Positions 35,068 through 44,218 of a DNA stretch of 64,000 nucleotides are shown piece after piece. The notes under the pieces are model-generated. The model saw nothing but the letters and a program-made list of their open reading frames with translations, had not been told where the DNA came from and did no database searches. The position numbers and the translations under genes were made by a program. Positions within the stretch are counted from its first letter, which is position 1. Every line of letters starts with the position of its first letter. The DNA comes from Thecamonas trahens ATCC 50062 (Eukaryota; Protista; Apusomonadida), in NCBI RefSeq assembly GCF_000142905.1, contig NW_013657617.1, forward strand, positions 47,567 through 111,566, read 5' to 3'.

Positions 35068-38000
35068 ATGGTCGCGACCCGAGACGGCGGCAGGTCAGCT
35101 CGGCTGGCTGGTGGCCTTTTCGCCGCACTGGTTGTCGCTGCGGTGCTTTTTCCGTCATTGGCCTTTGGCAGATGCTGGAGCTCGCCGTACATTTCCGATT
35201 TGGCCCAGGATGAGAGCGAGTCATCGCAGACTACGATCAAGGTCACATGGGAGCCAACGACGAAAGGTGGCGCATGTGGTGCACGGACGGCTGTTAAGCA
35301 CTGGCGCATTATGCCTGACGCCAGTTGGGAGACTCTCTCCAACGACAACGGTCTCTCGTCAGCTCTGGACGAGTATTCAAAGTCCTCGCTCCTGCCGGGA
35401 ACAGAGTACAAAGTTCGTGTGAGGGCGTACCAGTTTCTTTTCATTCATGACAAGTACATCGACACTCGGACGGCGTGCCCGCTTGGCACAGCGTGGAACA
35501 ATCCCTTATGTACACTCTGTCAGGTCGGCTACTACCGTGACGATCCCACCTTTGGAGCGGCGTGCACCCAGTGCCCGCTTGCTGTCTCAGGCGTGACGAC
35601 TGTAGATGCGGGTTCCACAAGTGTCACCGAGTGTGTTTGCCCACCGGGCAAGGGGCGGAGTAGCCCTAACGATGATTGCGTGCCGTGCGGCGTGGGCAAG
35701 TTCAAGAGCGGGTACGGCAACTCCGAGTGTATTGGGTGCTCTGTGCCGTTCACCACGACAGTCGGTGGGGCCGACACTGAGGATGACTGTGTGTGCGACG
35801 CCGGGCACTACCGCGACGGAGCTGGGCAGTGCCCGGCGTGTCCACTTGGCACGTATAAGCCAACTGCAGCCAATGCAATCGCATGCAACTCGTGCAAGTC
35901 GACCGAGACCACGGCGGCCATGGGTGCGCTTACCGAGTCCGAGTGTGTGTGTAGGCCCGGGTTTGAGCGTGTTGCTGGTGTGTGCGAGCCGTGTGGCAAG
36001 GGTACGTACAAGGACACTGCCGGCGACGGAGCGTGCTCGCTCTGTCCGGGCGGCACGTCCTCGAACACCGTCGGCGGTGCAGACGTGGCATCATGCGACA
36101 CGTGTAAGCCTGGCTTCTTTGGCGACGACTGCAGCGGCGTCTGCTCCTGCTCGGTCGATCAGGTGTGCCTAGATGGGCGGTTTGGGTCTGGTAACTGCAC
36201 TTGCTTTGTTGGCTCGGGGCTGTCAGGCGCTGGATGCGATCAATGCGAGGCTCCGCAGTACTTTGGACGGCCTTGGTGCAACTCCACGGTCGAGTGCGTC
36301 AACGGCGTGCCCGACTATGGATTTGACGGCAGTGGCAAGTGCCGCTCGTGCCAACTTGCAGCGTACGACTTTGCCGCCGACCCGACGTGCGCCACGTGCG
36401 CGGCGCTCAACTTTGGCGTCAGCTGTTTGCAGTGTCCCATTGGGCACCACGGCTCTGGTGACAACACCGATGGCCCTTGCGAGCTGTGCAGTGCAGGCAC
36501 GTTCAAGGATGTCACAACAGCCCTGCAGCGATGCAAGCCGTGCGACGCGGGAACGGTGTCACCGAGCCCAGGCGCGGCATCCTGCCAGCGGTGCGAGCTG
36601 TCGACTTACCAAAGCGATCCAGGCGCGGTAAGCTGTCTGCCATGTGGCCGCGGACGAGTGACCGCAAGCGATGGGGCGACGACGGTTGCGGCATGCACCC
36701 CGTGCCCTCCAAACTCGTACAAGGTAGAGGAAGGGTTTGGCACGTGCGTGGCGTGTCCGGGCAACCAGACGACCAACGGGGAGGTGGGCACGATCGAGGT
36801 CGAGGGCTGCGGGTGCGAGCCCGGCTTTGGACTGGTGGGTGATGTGTGTGTGGCTTGCGAGCCCGGCGATGTGGCGCTGTCGTTTGATCGGGAGGCATGC
36901 ACGCCGTGCCCAGTGGGAACGACATGGGCGTCTGCGGCTGGCGGGTGCGTGTCATGTCCGTTTGGCGGATATTGCGCGGGGCAGACGGCCAAGCCGATCC
37001 CCAACTCGGGCTTCTACCCGCTGCCTGGCCAGGGCGTGACGTCGGGACTGTACGAGCCGTGCACCCCGGCGGGCGTCTGCCTTCGTGGCGGAGTCTGTCG
37101 GTTCGGTCACATTGGCGAGCGGTGCTCGCAGTGCATCAAAGGATGGGCCAAGAACCCTAGCTCGGGCCTGTGCGAAAAGTGCCCGTCGTCGATCCCGTTC
37201 ATCTTTATGGGCCTCGCGGTTCTCGGCATCATCCTCTGTATCCTGCTCATCAAGCTCGCACGCAAGAATACGGCGTTCTTCACGGCCGCTTCGGTCGGGT
37301 TCAACTTTCTGCAGCTCATTGCGGTCCTCGCCTCGTTCCAGATCAAGTGGCCGGGGTGGACACAGCGGTTCTTTGAGATCCTGTCTGCGGCCAACATCGA
37401 CCTGCAGCTGTTCAAGCCCGAGTGTCTTGTTTCGAGCTCGTCGGACGCGTACTTTACGATCTGGGCCACCAAGCTTGCAGCCCCTTGGGCGCTGCTCGTG
37501 ATGTTTGCGGTCGGCTTCAGCATTTTCCGGCTCTACGCCGCTGCGCGCAAGTGGACGGCACCGGCCAAGGCGTCGATGAAGTATGCGTTCACCAACGCAT
37601 CGGTCATGGCCATGTTTGTCATGTACCTGCTAGTGACCAACACGGCGCTGGAAATCTACCCGTGCACCAAGCAGGCCGACGGCAAGTACACGATGAACCG
37701 CGAGCCGTCGATCCGGTGCTACCAGGGCAAGTGGTTCGAGCTTCTGGTGGGCTCGATTTGTGCCATGATCATGTTTTCGCTCCTCATGCCGCTCGGCGTA
37801 CTCAAGGTGCTCCACAAGCGGCGGTTCAACCTGTGGAAGCGGAAGAACCTTGCGCGATACGGCCTGCTGTACCTGCGATACCGGCCCAAGTACTACTTTT
37901 TCGAGATCCTCGTCCTTGTCCGCAAGTTTGGCGTGGTGTTTGGCAAGGTGGCGTCGTCTGCGAGCGTGGTGGGCCAGGTGCTCACAGCGCTGGCAGTGGT

Positions 38001-38940
38001 GTGCCTCTCGCTCGGACTGCAGCTCAAGACGCATCCGTTTGCAACGATGCGGATCAACCGGCTGGAGACGCTCATGCTCTCGTGCGCAGGCTTTGTGCTC
38101 GCGCTGGCGTTTGTGTACGCGGCCGCTGACGGCGGGCTCAATGCGTCGTTTGCCAACACGCTCGGAGTGGTGCTTGTGGGCGTGGTGTGCGTGGCGATTG
38201 TGATTCTTCTGGTGGCGATTGTTCTGGAAATCACGAAAATCCACCGAATGCTGCGGCGGGGGCTTGTGGGCAAGTATGTGGTGGACCGGCTCGATGTGTG
38301 GCGCCCGTTCTACACGAGCGGCATGTTCCTGTTGGAGCACACCCAGACGACGGTGGGCGAGGCGGCGGCAAACATTGTGATGACGTTCTCGACGACCGAG
38401 CCTGTCGAGCTGGTGGCGGAGATGTTCCTGGAAACAGTCATCACGCACCGGAGCGAGAAGCGGACGACGGACGATGTGGTGCTCCACGGCTGCCTTCAGC
38501 CGTCGGACCAGGCTGTCGAGTCACGGAGCGACTTTCTGCAGCACACCGTCACCATGCACGCGCCGGCGCCCGGTCACTACGTGGCGACGATCGCGGTGAT
38601 GGCGGCCGGCAGGACGGCGACCACGCCGCGCGAGCCAGCAACGGGGATGCGCGGGTGGCTGGAGAAGCTCGCGGCCTTTGTCGACGGCTCGGTGACCGAC
38701 CAGGCGCACTCGCCCCAGATGGTCCGCGCCATGATGGTCAACGGAGCCGAGCGGGCCATCCGATTCCGCGTCACAGCCTCGCCCGAGTGGGCTGCTGAGG
38801 ACGCCATGGCTGGCACTGCCGCCGCGGCCTCGGAGTTTGCAACCGATGTCGACGAGGATGCGCTCCTCTCGCGGCCGTGGAGCATGTCGCCCGAGGAAAT
38901 GGACGCTCTGGACGAGGAACACGAGCTTCAGGCACTGTAA
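35068..38940 (+). CDS. Cell-surface protein: signal peptide, FN3-like domain, GCC2/GCC3 (ephrin-receptor-like)/EGF Cys-rich repeats, ~8-9 TM region, cytosolic tail
   Basis: Hydrophobic leader GGLFAALVVAAVLFPSLAFG; TTIKVTWEP..LLPGTEYKVRVRA; many CxxCxxGxYK repeats; NFLQLIAVL..IKWP, YGLLYLRYRPKYYFFEILVLVRKF and HPFATMRINRLE in the TM region. Confidence 0.85.
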   Translation: MVATRDGGRSARLAGGLFAALVVAAVLFPSLAFGRCWSSPYISDLAQDESESSQTTIKVTWEPTTKGGACGARTAVKHWRIMPDASWETLSNDNGLSSALDEYSKSSLLPGTEYKVRVRAYQFLFIHDKYIDTRTACPLGTAWNNPLCTLCQVGYYRDDPTFGAACTQCPLAVSGVTTVDAGSTSVTECVCPPGKGRSSPNDDCVPCGVGKFKSGYGNSECIGCSVPFTTTVGGADTEDDCVCDAGHYRDGAGQCPACPLGTYKPTAANAIACNSCKSTETTAAMGALTESECVCRPGFERVAGVCEPCGKGTYKDTAGDGACSLCPGGTSSNTVGGADVASCDTCKPGFFGDDCSGVCSCSVDQVCLDGRFGSGNCTCFVGSGLSGAGCDQCEAPQYFGRPWCNSTVECVNGVPDYGFDGSGKCRSCQLAAYDFAADPTCATCAALNFGVSCLQCPIGHHGSGDNTDGPCELCSAGTFKDVTTALQRCKPCDAGTVSPSPGAASCQRCELSTYQSDPGAVSCLPCGRGRVTASDGATTVAACTPCPPNSYKVEEGFGTCVACPGNQTTNGEVGTIEVEGCGCEPGFGLVGDVCVACEPGDVALSFDREACTPCPVGTTWASAAGGCVSCPFGGYCAGQTAKPIPNSGFYPLPGQGVTSGLYEPCTPAGVCLRGGVCRFGHIGERCSQCIKGWAKNPSSGLCEKCPSSIPFIFMGLAVLGIILCILLIKLARKNTAFFTAASVGFNFLQLIAVLASFQIKWPGWTQRFFEILSAANIDLQLFKPECLVSSSSDAYFTIWATKLAAPWALLVMFAVGFSIFRLYAAARKWTAPAKASMKYAFTNASVMAMFVMYLLVTNTALEIYPCTKQADGKYTMNREPSIRCYQGKWFELLVGSICAMIMFSLLMPLGVLKVLHKRRFNLWKRKNLARYGLLYLRYRPKYYFFEILVLVRKFGVVFGKVASSASVVGQVLTALAVVCLSLGLQLKTHPFATMRINRLETLMLSCAGFVLALAFVYAAADGGLNASFANTLGVVLVGVVCVAIVILLVAIVLEITKIHRMLRRGLVGKYVVDRLDVWRPFYTSGMFLLEHTQTTVGEAAANIVMTFSTTEPVELVAEMFLETVITHRSEKRTTDDVVLHGCLQPSDQAVESRSDFLQHTVTMHAPAPGHYVATIAVMAAGRTATTPREPATGMRGWLEKLAAFVDGSVTDQAHSPQMVRAMMVNGAERAIRFRVTASPEWAAEDAMAGTAAAASEFATDVDEDALLSRPWSMSPEEMDALDEEHELQAL

Positions 38941-39076
38941 GCTCCCGATACGAACACACACAAGCCATGACGCGGTGTAGTGCTGGCATGCGGCAAGAAG
39001 CAGTGATGGCTCGTGGTGTGTCGGGTGAGATGCGCATGCGTATGCGGACGACCGAGTTCAATACATGATGTGGATT

Positions 39077-40885
39077 TCACGGAAGCTTGTAGCCCGAGGC
39101 CTTGGGCGACTTGAAGAGCGAGGCAGCGGCGTAGGCAGCCACGGCGCCGATGAGGGCTGCAAAAACAAGCGAGGCGAGCGAGTAACCGTCGGCAGCGGGG
39201 CCGGCAGCAGGGCCGGCGTGTTGGATGGCGGTGAGAGTGGTGGTGATGGTGGAGAGCTTGGAGTCGAGGGCGGCAATGCGGTCGAGGGCGAGGCGCGACT
39301 CGGACTCGACGCGCTCAAAGTGGCGGACAATCTCATCAGCCTGGTGGGCATGGACGAGCTCAGTGACTGAGTCGGAGAGCGTGTTGAGGACGCCGCGGAT
39401 GGAGGCGGAAGACGCATCAGCGCCGCTGCCGCTTGCTGAGCCGGCCGGGGCCGAGGCGAGGCGGGCGGCGATGTCGGAGAGCTTGCCGTCGAGGACGGCG
39501 ATGGCTGCTGCGGTGTCTGCGGCGGCAGCGGCCGAGTCGCGGGCGGCAAAGGCGCGCTTGTGTGCGTCGCGGGCGACGGCCTCTGCAGCGGCATGGTGAG
39601 CAGAGGCGGCGGCGGGCGGAATGTCCTCGGTGACGAGCGGGTGCTCGTCGATTTCGCCGCGGACGGCAGCTTCGACCTTTGCCTGCAGGCCCGGGAAGCG
39701 CGAGTCGCGAGTGGCGTCTGCGGGCGGATGGGTGAGACCGTGCTCGAGGTCGTAGACCTCAAAGGCGAGGAGATTGGTGCGGGCAAAGGCCGAGTGCGAG
39801 GAGGCGGCGGTGAGGGCGAGGTGGCGGGCGCCGTCGAGGTTTGCGTCAAACGAGGCGCAGGGCGCAAAGGCCGAGTTGGGCTGGCCGACGTCCGAGATGG
39901 AGATGTCGACACGCTTGGCCTTCGAGGTGTACTTGATGTGGACGAGGACCTTTGCGGTGCCCGGGGCGGAGGCCGGGACCGGCTGGTGCGAGACGAGGCG
40001 GACCGGGCAGTGGCCGTGCGAGGTTCGGCGGCCGTCGGACCACGGGTCAAACTCACCGAGGTTGCGGGAGGAGCCCCAGAGCGACGATGGCGAGAGCATG
40101 GAGGTAATGACGGCGGCTGCGCCGTCGCCGTCGGTGTCAAAGACGTCAAAGAAGACGCCAAGGCCGTCCCAGACGCGCGGCGCGCCGTACACGGTACCGC
40201 CAGCAGAGGGCGGAGCCTGGGCCGGCAGCGGCGACCGGGTGAGCCAGAGGGCGGTGCCCTCGTAGCCCTCTGACCGCTGCGCCTCATGGTCCTTGGTCAC
40301 CGTCATCTCAAGTGCCATCTCGAACGACTCCCACATGAGAGCGTTCTGTGCGGTGATGCGCGTCGACTGCGATGGTCCCGAGATCAGCTCCACGGCGTCT
40401 GATGTGACTCGTGCGCTGCCTGTTGCCGACCAGCCTTGTGGCACTGTGCCCAAATGCGTGCGTGCGTGCGTGCGTGCGTGAGTGTGAGTGTGTGTGAATG
40501 TGTTTGCGCGCGAGTGAGAGAGAGGGAGAGGGACTTGAGATTTTTCTCCAGCACCCAGCACCCGCGCACCCGGCGCAAAAAAAATTTCTCCGCACACCAC
40601 GTGCATTCCCCCCCCCCCCCCCCAACCCGCCACAGGGCGAAAAACCAGTGAGCAATGAGCAGCGCTGTGGGCACTGGCTGCCCGGCGATGGGAGGGGGGG
40701 GGGGGATGGGGGAGGGTGTGGAGGGAGGTGCAGGGGGCAGGGGCAGGGGGGTACGTACGGCTGCCGCCGTAGAACGGGGCGTGGAAGCCAAAGAAGGAGG
40801 CGGCTGCGGAGGCGGTTGGTGCGAAGACAGCGGTAGCGACGAGTGCTGCCAGGAGCATTGCGACCGCAGACGGGGGCACGCGCAT
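39077..40885 (-). CDS. L-type (legume-like) lectin cargo receptor, ERGIC-53/VIP36/Emp47-like; exons 40885-40759 and 40443-39077
   Basis: Signal peptide; EGTALWLT, GTVYGAPRVWDGLGVFFDVFD; coiled-coil stalk; C-terminal TM and a short Lys-containing tail. Splicing gives FYGGSLPQGWSATGSA (497 aa). Confidence 0.82.
   Translation of the reverse strand: MRVPPSAVAMLLAALVATAVFAPTASAAASFFGFHAPFYGGSRTYPPAPAPCTSLHTLPHPPPPSHRRAASAHSAAHCSLVFRPVAGWGGGGGMHVVCGEIFFAPGARVLGAGEKSQVPLPLSHSRANTFTHTHTHARTHARTHLGTVPQGWSATGSARVTSDAVELISGPSQSTRITAQNALMWESFEMALEMTVTKDHEAQRSEGYEGTALWLTRSPLPAQAPPSAGGTVYGAPRVWDGLGVFFDVFDTDGDGAAAVITSMLSPSSLWGSSRNLGEFDPWSDGRRTSHGHCPVRLVSHQPVPASAPGTAKVLVHIKYTSKAKRVDISISDVGQPNSAFAPCASFDANLDGARHLALTAASSHSAFARTNLLAFEVYDLEHGLTHPPADATRDSRFPGLQAKVEAAVRGEIDEHPLVTEDIPPAAASAHHAAAEAVARDAHKRAFAARDSAAAAADTAAAIAVLDGKLSDIAARLASAPAGSASGSGADASSASIRGVLNTLSDSVTELVHAHQADEIVRHFERVESESRLALDRIAALDSKLSTITTTLTAIQHAGPAAGPAADGYSLASLVFAALIGAVAAYAAASLFKSPKASGYKLP
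40444..40758 (-). other. Phase-1 intron (315 nt) of the lectin gene
   Basis: Donor c|GTACGT, CACTCAC branch-like motif, acceptor cacAG|tg. Interior is low-complexity. Confidence 0.8.
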
Positions 40886-40979
40886 GGGTCTGGGTATAGG
40901 TATGGGTATGGGTATGGGTGTGGGTATGGGTGTGGGGAGGGGGAAGGGGAGGGGAAGAGGTGTGGTAGTTGTTGGTATT

Positions 40980-41213
40980 TGAACGAGTAATAATCGATGG
41001 GTGGGCAGGGGATGATCAGTTGAACGAGTAATAATCGGGGATGATCAGTTGAACGAGTAGTAATCGATGGGTGGGCAGGGGATGATCAGTTGAACGAGTA
41101 ATAATCGGGGATGATCAGTTGAACGAGTAGTAATCGATGGGTGGGCAGGGGATGATCAAGTGAACGAGTAATAATCGGAGATGATCAAGTGAACAAGTAA
41201 TAATCGATGGGTG
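40980..41213. repeat. Higher-order tandem repeat: alternating 41-bp and 29-bp units (70-bp dimer x3 plus a partial unit)
   Basis: TGAAC unit starts at 40980, 41021, 41050, 41091, 41120, 41161 and 41190. The short unit equals the long unit minus 12 nt. Confidence 0.95.
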
Positions 41214-41309
41214 AGGGTGCCTGCCAGGTGACGACTCCCTCAACTAGTGGCAATCGATGGGTATGCCCCCCCCCCCCCCCCCCCGCCCCATACCCCACAC
41301 CTGTCTCCC

Positions 41310-43883
41310 ATGCCGCCCACCACCCCCCTGCTCCCCCCCTCCCCGCCCACCACCACTCCATCCCGCCTGCGCCTCCCGCTACTCCCGGCCCTCGCCACCA
41401 CCCTCGACACCACCCACACCGGCCGCCTGGCCGTGTGCGCCAGCACCAGTGCCGCCCTGCTCGCCTCGGCCGTCTTTGTGGCCGACACGTACTACGATGA
41501 TGAGTGGGCGATGTCTCGGCAGACTGCGGATCACAGTCACGGGCCACGCCCACATGCACTACACGTGCTCCTCATCGCCTCCCTCGTCTACTTTGCCCTC
41601 TCCCTCCTCCTTGCCCTCGTCACCGCCCCCTCGCTCCTCGCCCTCCTCCTCGACCCGCTCGTCTCCATCGATGCCGCCCTCCTCGTCGCTGGCGGTATCT
41701 CCGGCGGACGATTCCGCACAGACGCCACGGCTATGATCTACCCCTTTGTCCTCGTCCGGGCGTACGTCTGCTGTGCCCGGATCGTGTCCTCGCGGATGGT
41801 CCTGGCGTCACGGCACGTGGCCCGGCAGAGCGTCGAGCTCTATCTCTTGCTCGTGGGGCTCACAGCCGCCACCGCCGGCTTCATCCAGGTATTTGAGTCC
41901 AAGTACGACGGGAGGGAGATGGCGTACCACGACGCCCTGTTCTTCACCGTCGTCACGGCCTCCACCGTCGGCTACGGCGACATTGTCCCCAGCTCGGTCG
42001 GCGGCCGCATGCTCATCATGGTTCTCATCGTCGTCTTTATCGTCGTCGTCCCCTGGGAGATCGGGAGGCTCATCGAGCTCATTTCCTCCTCCCCGCCCTC
42101 ACTCGACCCGCTCGTCGCCGCCCCGGCCGTCCGTGCCGTCCTGCTGGGCGCGCCCTCGCACGACGCCATGGCTGACTTTCTCGACGAGTTCTACCACGCT
42201 GACCACGGGACCTCGCTCGCGACGCAGCTCGTGGTCCTCTCCGACCTCCGCCTCTCGCTTCCTCTCCGCCATCTCCTCTCTGATCCCTTCTACCGCAAGC
42301 GCGTCGTCTTCCGCACCCTCCGCGGGCCGCGTGACGACGCCTGGGCCCGCCTCGCCACTCCGGCCACCACCACTGTCTTTCTCCACCCGTCGTCGTCCGC
42401 CCCGCTCGCCTCGCCTGCTGACCTCGATGCGCTCACTGCGCTCCGCGCCATGGCCTCACGTCGCCACTCGGCCACCGTCCGCATCATTGCCACCGCCGCA
42501 GATGCCGCCTCGGTCCCGCTCCTCCACGCCGCCGGTGTCGACCTCGCCCTCCCGGCCGCCCATCTTGCCTGGTCGCTCTACGGGCTCTCCGTCCTCGTCC
42601 CGGGCGTCTTTACCCTCTTCCGCAACCTGACCCGATCCTACGCCCGCGCGTCAGCCTCGGCGCTGCCCTCCTGGCGCGCCGCATACCTTGACGGCGCCGC
42701 CAATGAGCTCTACGCCGTCGACCTCACGCCGCACTTTGTGGGAACCTCGTTTGTTGCTGCTGCCGCCGCCATCTACGCCCGCTTTGGCGCCGTTCTCATC
42801 GGTGTCCACACAGACAACGCCGCCGCCCTCGACGCCGGCGTCGGCCTCGTCCTCCGCCCTCAGCACCGCGGCGTCGTCATCGCCCACTCGGCGGCCACCG
42901 CCCACGCCGTCTCGCTCCTCGCGGCCTCGGCGCCGCCCGTCTGGACCGATGATCAGCCGCTCAGCCCGCACTCTTCGTCCGACTCATCGCTCGCCTCGTC
43001 CGAGCTACGCTCGCTCACCATCAACGCCCACCCATCACCCGCACCCGACGCCGTCGTGACTCCGCCGTCGTCGCCGCGGGTCGCCATCTATACCGATGGA
43101 GGCGCCTCGCTTGGCCCGGTCCTGGCCCCGCTTATCGGCCGTACTACCGTTGAACTGCGGGTCCCTACGCCCAAGTGCATCGACGCCGCCGCTGCGGTAG
43201 CCGCGCGCGTCGGCGCAGCTGGCGACGTTGTTGTCGTTGTTGCACCGTCCTCGGATCTCCTTTGTCCACACAGCAGCGAAGACGAGGAGAACGCACGATC
43301 TTTGCTGCAGCCGGACGTGGTTCTTGTTCTCGCCGGCGACGGGCGTGCAGGCGCGCAAGAGGTGGCCGAAGAGGCGGCGTACACCGTCGACGCGCCCGGC
43401 ATCTTGGCGATGCTCGCGGCGCGGTCGGCGTACCGGGCGCAGACGCGTGTGGTGGTCGAGCTTGTTGAGCCGTGCAACATCGCGTTCCTCCCGCCATACT
43501 CGCCCTCACCCCACGCCCACCGGTCGCCGGCCTTTGCCAGCGGCGACGTGGTCTGCGGGCGGATGCTCGACTCGCTCCTCTGCTACGCGCACTTTTTCCC
43601 GGCCATCGCCGGCGTGGCCAAGACCTTTACCGACTGCGCCAGTGCCTTTGACGCTATCGCACTCCCGCCTCACGCCGTTGGCGCCTCGTGGGGCAGCGTG
43701 TGGCGGCAGCTACTCGATGGCGCCGCCGCCGTGGCACTGGCGCTGTGGCGCGAGCGCGCACCTGGTCGCGGGGCGCCCAGCGAGCGGTTTGTCTACACCA
43801 ACCCGGACGAAGGTACAGTGATGCTCGCCAGCGACTGGATCCTGATCCGCCGGCTACGGCCTGCTACAGCTGGCACGGGGTGA
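41310..43883 (+). CDS. Slo/BK-family potassium channel alpha subunit (TM domain + RCK gating ring)
   Basis: Pore ALFFTVVTASTVGYGDIVP (TVGYGD 41964-41981); FLDEFYHADH, PGVFTLFRNL, YLDGAANELY, VVVELVEPCNIAFL, FASGDV and RFVYTNP are Slo-type RCK motifs. Start uncertain. Confidence 0.87.
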   Translation: MPPTTPLLPPSPPTTTPSRLRLPLLPALATTLDTTHTGRLAVCASTSAALLASAVFVADTYYDDEWAMSRQTADHSHGPRPHALHVLLIASLVYFALSLLLALVTAPSLLALLLDPLVSIDAALLVAGGISGGRFRTDATAMIYPFVLVRAYVCCARIVSSRMVLASRHVARQSVELYLLLVGLTAATAGFIQVFESKYDGREMAYHDALFFTVVTASTVGYGDIVPSSVGGRMLIMVLIVVFIVVVPWEIGRLIELISSSPPSLDPLVAAPAVRAVLLGAPSHDAMADFLDEFYHADHGTSLATQLVVLSDLRLSLPLRHLLSDPFYRKRVVFRTLRGPRDDAWARLATPATTTVFLHPSSSAPLASPADLDALTALRAMASRRHSATVRIIATAADAASVPLLHAAGVDLALPAAHLAWSLYGLSVLVPGVFTLFRNLTRSYARASASALPSWRAAYLDGAANELYAVDLTPHFVGTSFVAAAAAIYARFGAVLIGVHTDNAAALDAGVGLVLRPQHRGVVIAHSAATAHAVSLLAASAPPVWTDDQPLSPHSSSDSSLASSELRSLTINAHPSPAPDAVVTPPSSPRVAIYTDGGASLGPVLAPLIGRTTVELRVPTPKCIDAAAAVAARVGAAGDVVVVVAPSSDLLCPHSSEDEENARSLLQPDVVLVLAGDGRAGAQEVAEEAAYTVDAPGILAMLAARSAYRAQTRVVVELVEPCNIAFLPPYSPSPHAHRSPAFASGDVVCGRMLDSLLCYAHFFPAIAGVAKTFTDCASAFDAIALPPHAVGASWGSVWRQLLDGAAAVALALWRERAPGRGAPSERFVYTNPDEGTVMLASDWILIRRLRPATAGTG

Positions 43884-43912
43884 GCGTCGGCGTGAAACGG
43901 GCCGGTGGCGGC

Positions 43913-44185
43913 TCAGGTCCGCGCGCCGGCGGCAACGACCGTGTTGAGCTGTGACGCCGGCGCTGCGCGGAGCTGGGCAAAGGTGCCGGCCTCGACGATG
44001 CGTCCGCTGTCAAGGACGACGCAGTGCATGTCCGGGGCGATGGAGGCGAGGCGGTGGGTGATCATGAGGGTGGTGCGGCCCTCCATGAGAGCCTCGAGCG
44101 CCCGCTGGACCACGCCCTCGGAGCCTGGGTCGAGCGCCGAGGTCGCCTCGTCCAGGATGAGCAGTGACGGGTTGGTGAGGACGGT

Positions 44186-44218
<33 letters not shown>

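Noticed and set aside
40980-41213. CRISPR array
   Set aside because: The apparent spacers are themselves repeated; this is a higher-order tandem repeat.
41257-41449. Micro-exon ATGG followed by a GTATGC intron at the K+ channel 5' end
   Set aside because: The nearby AG acceptors (41443, 41449) give the wrong phase; unsupported without cDNA.
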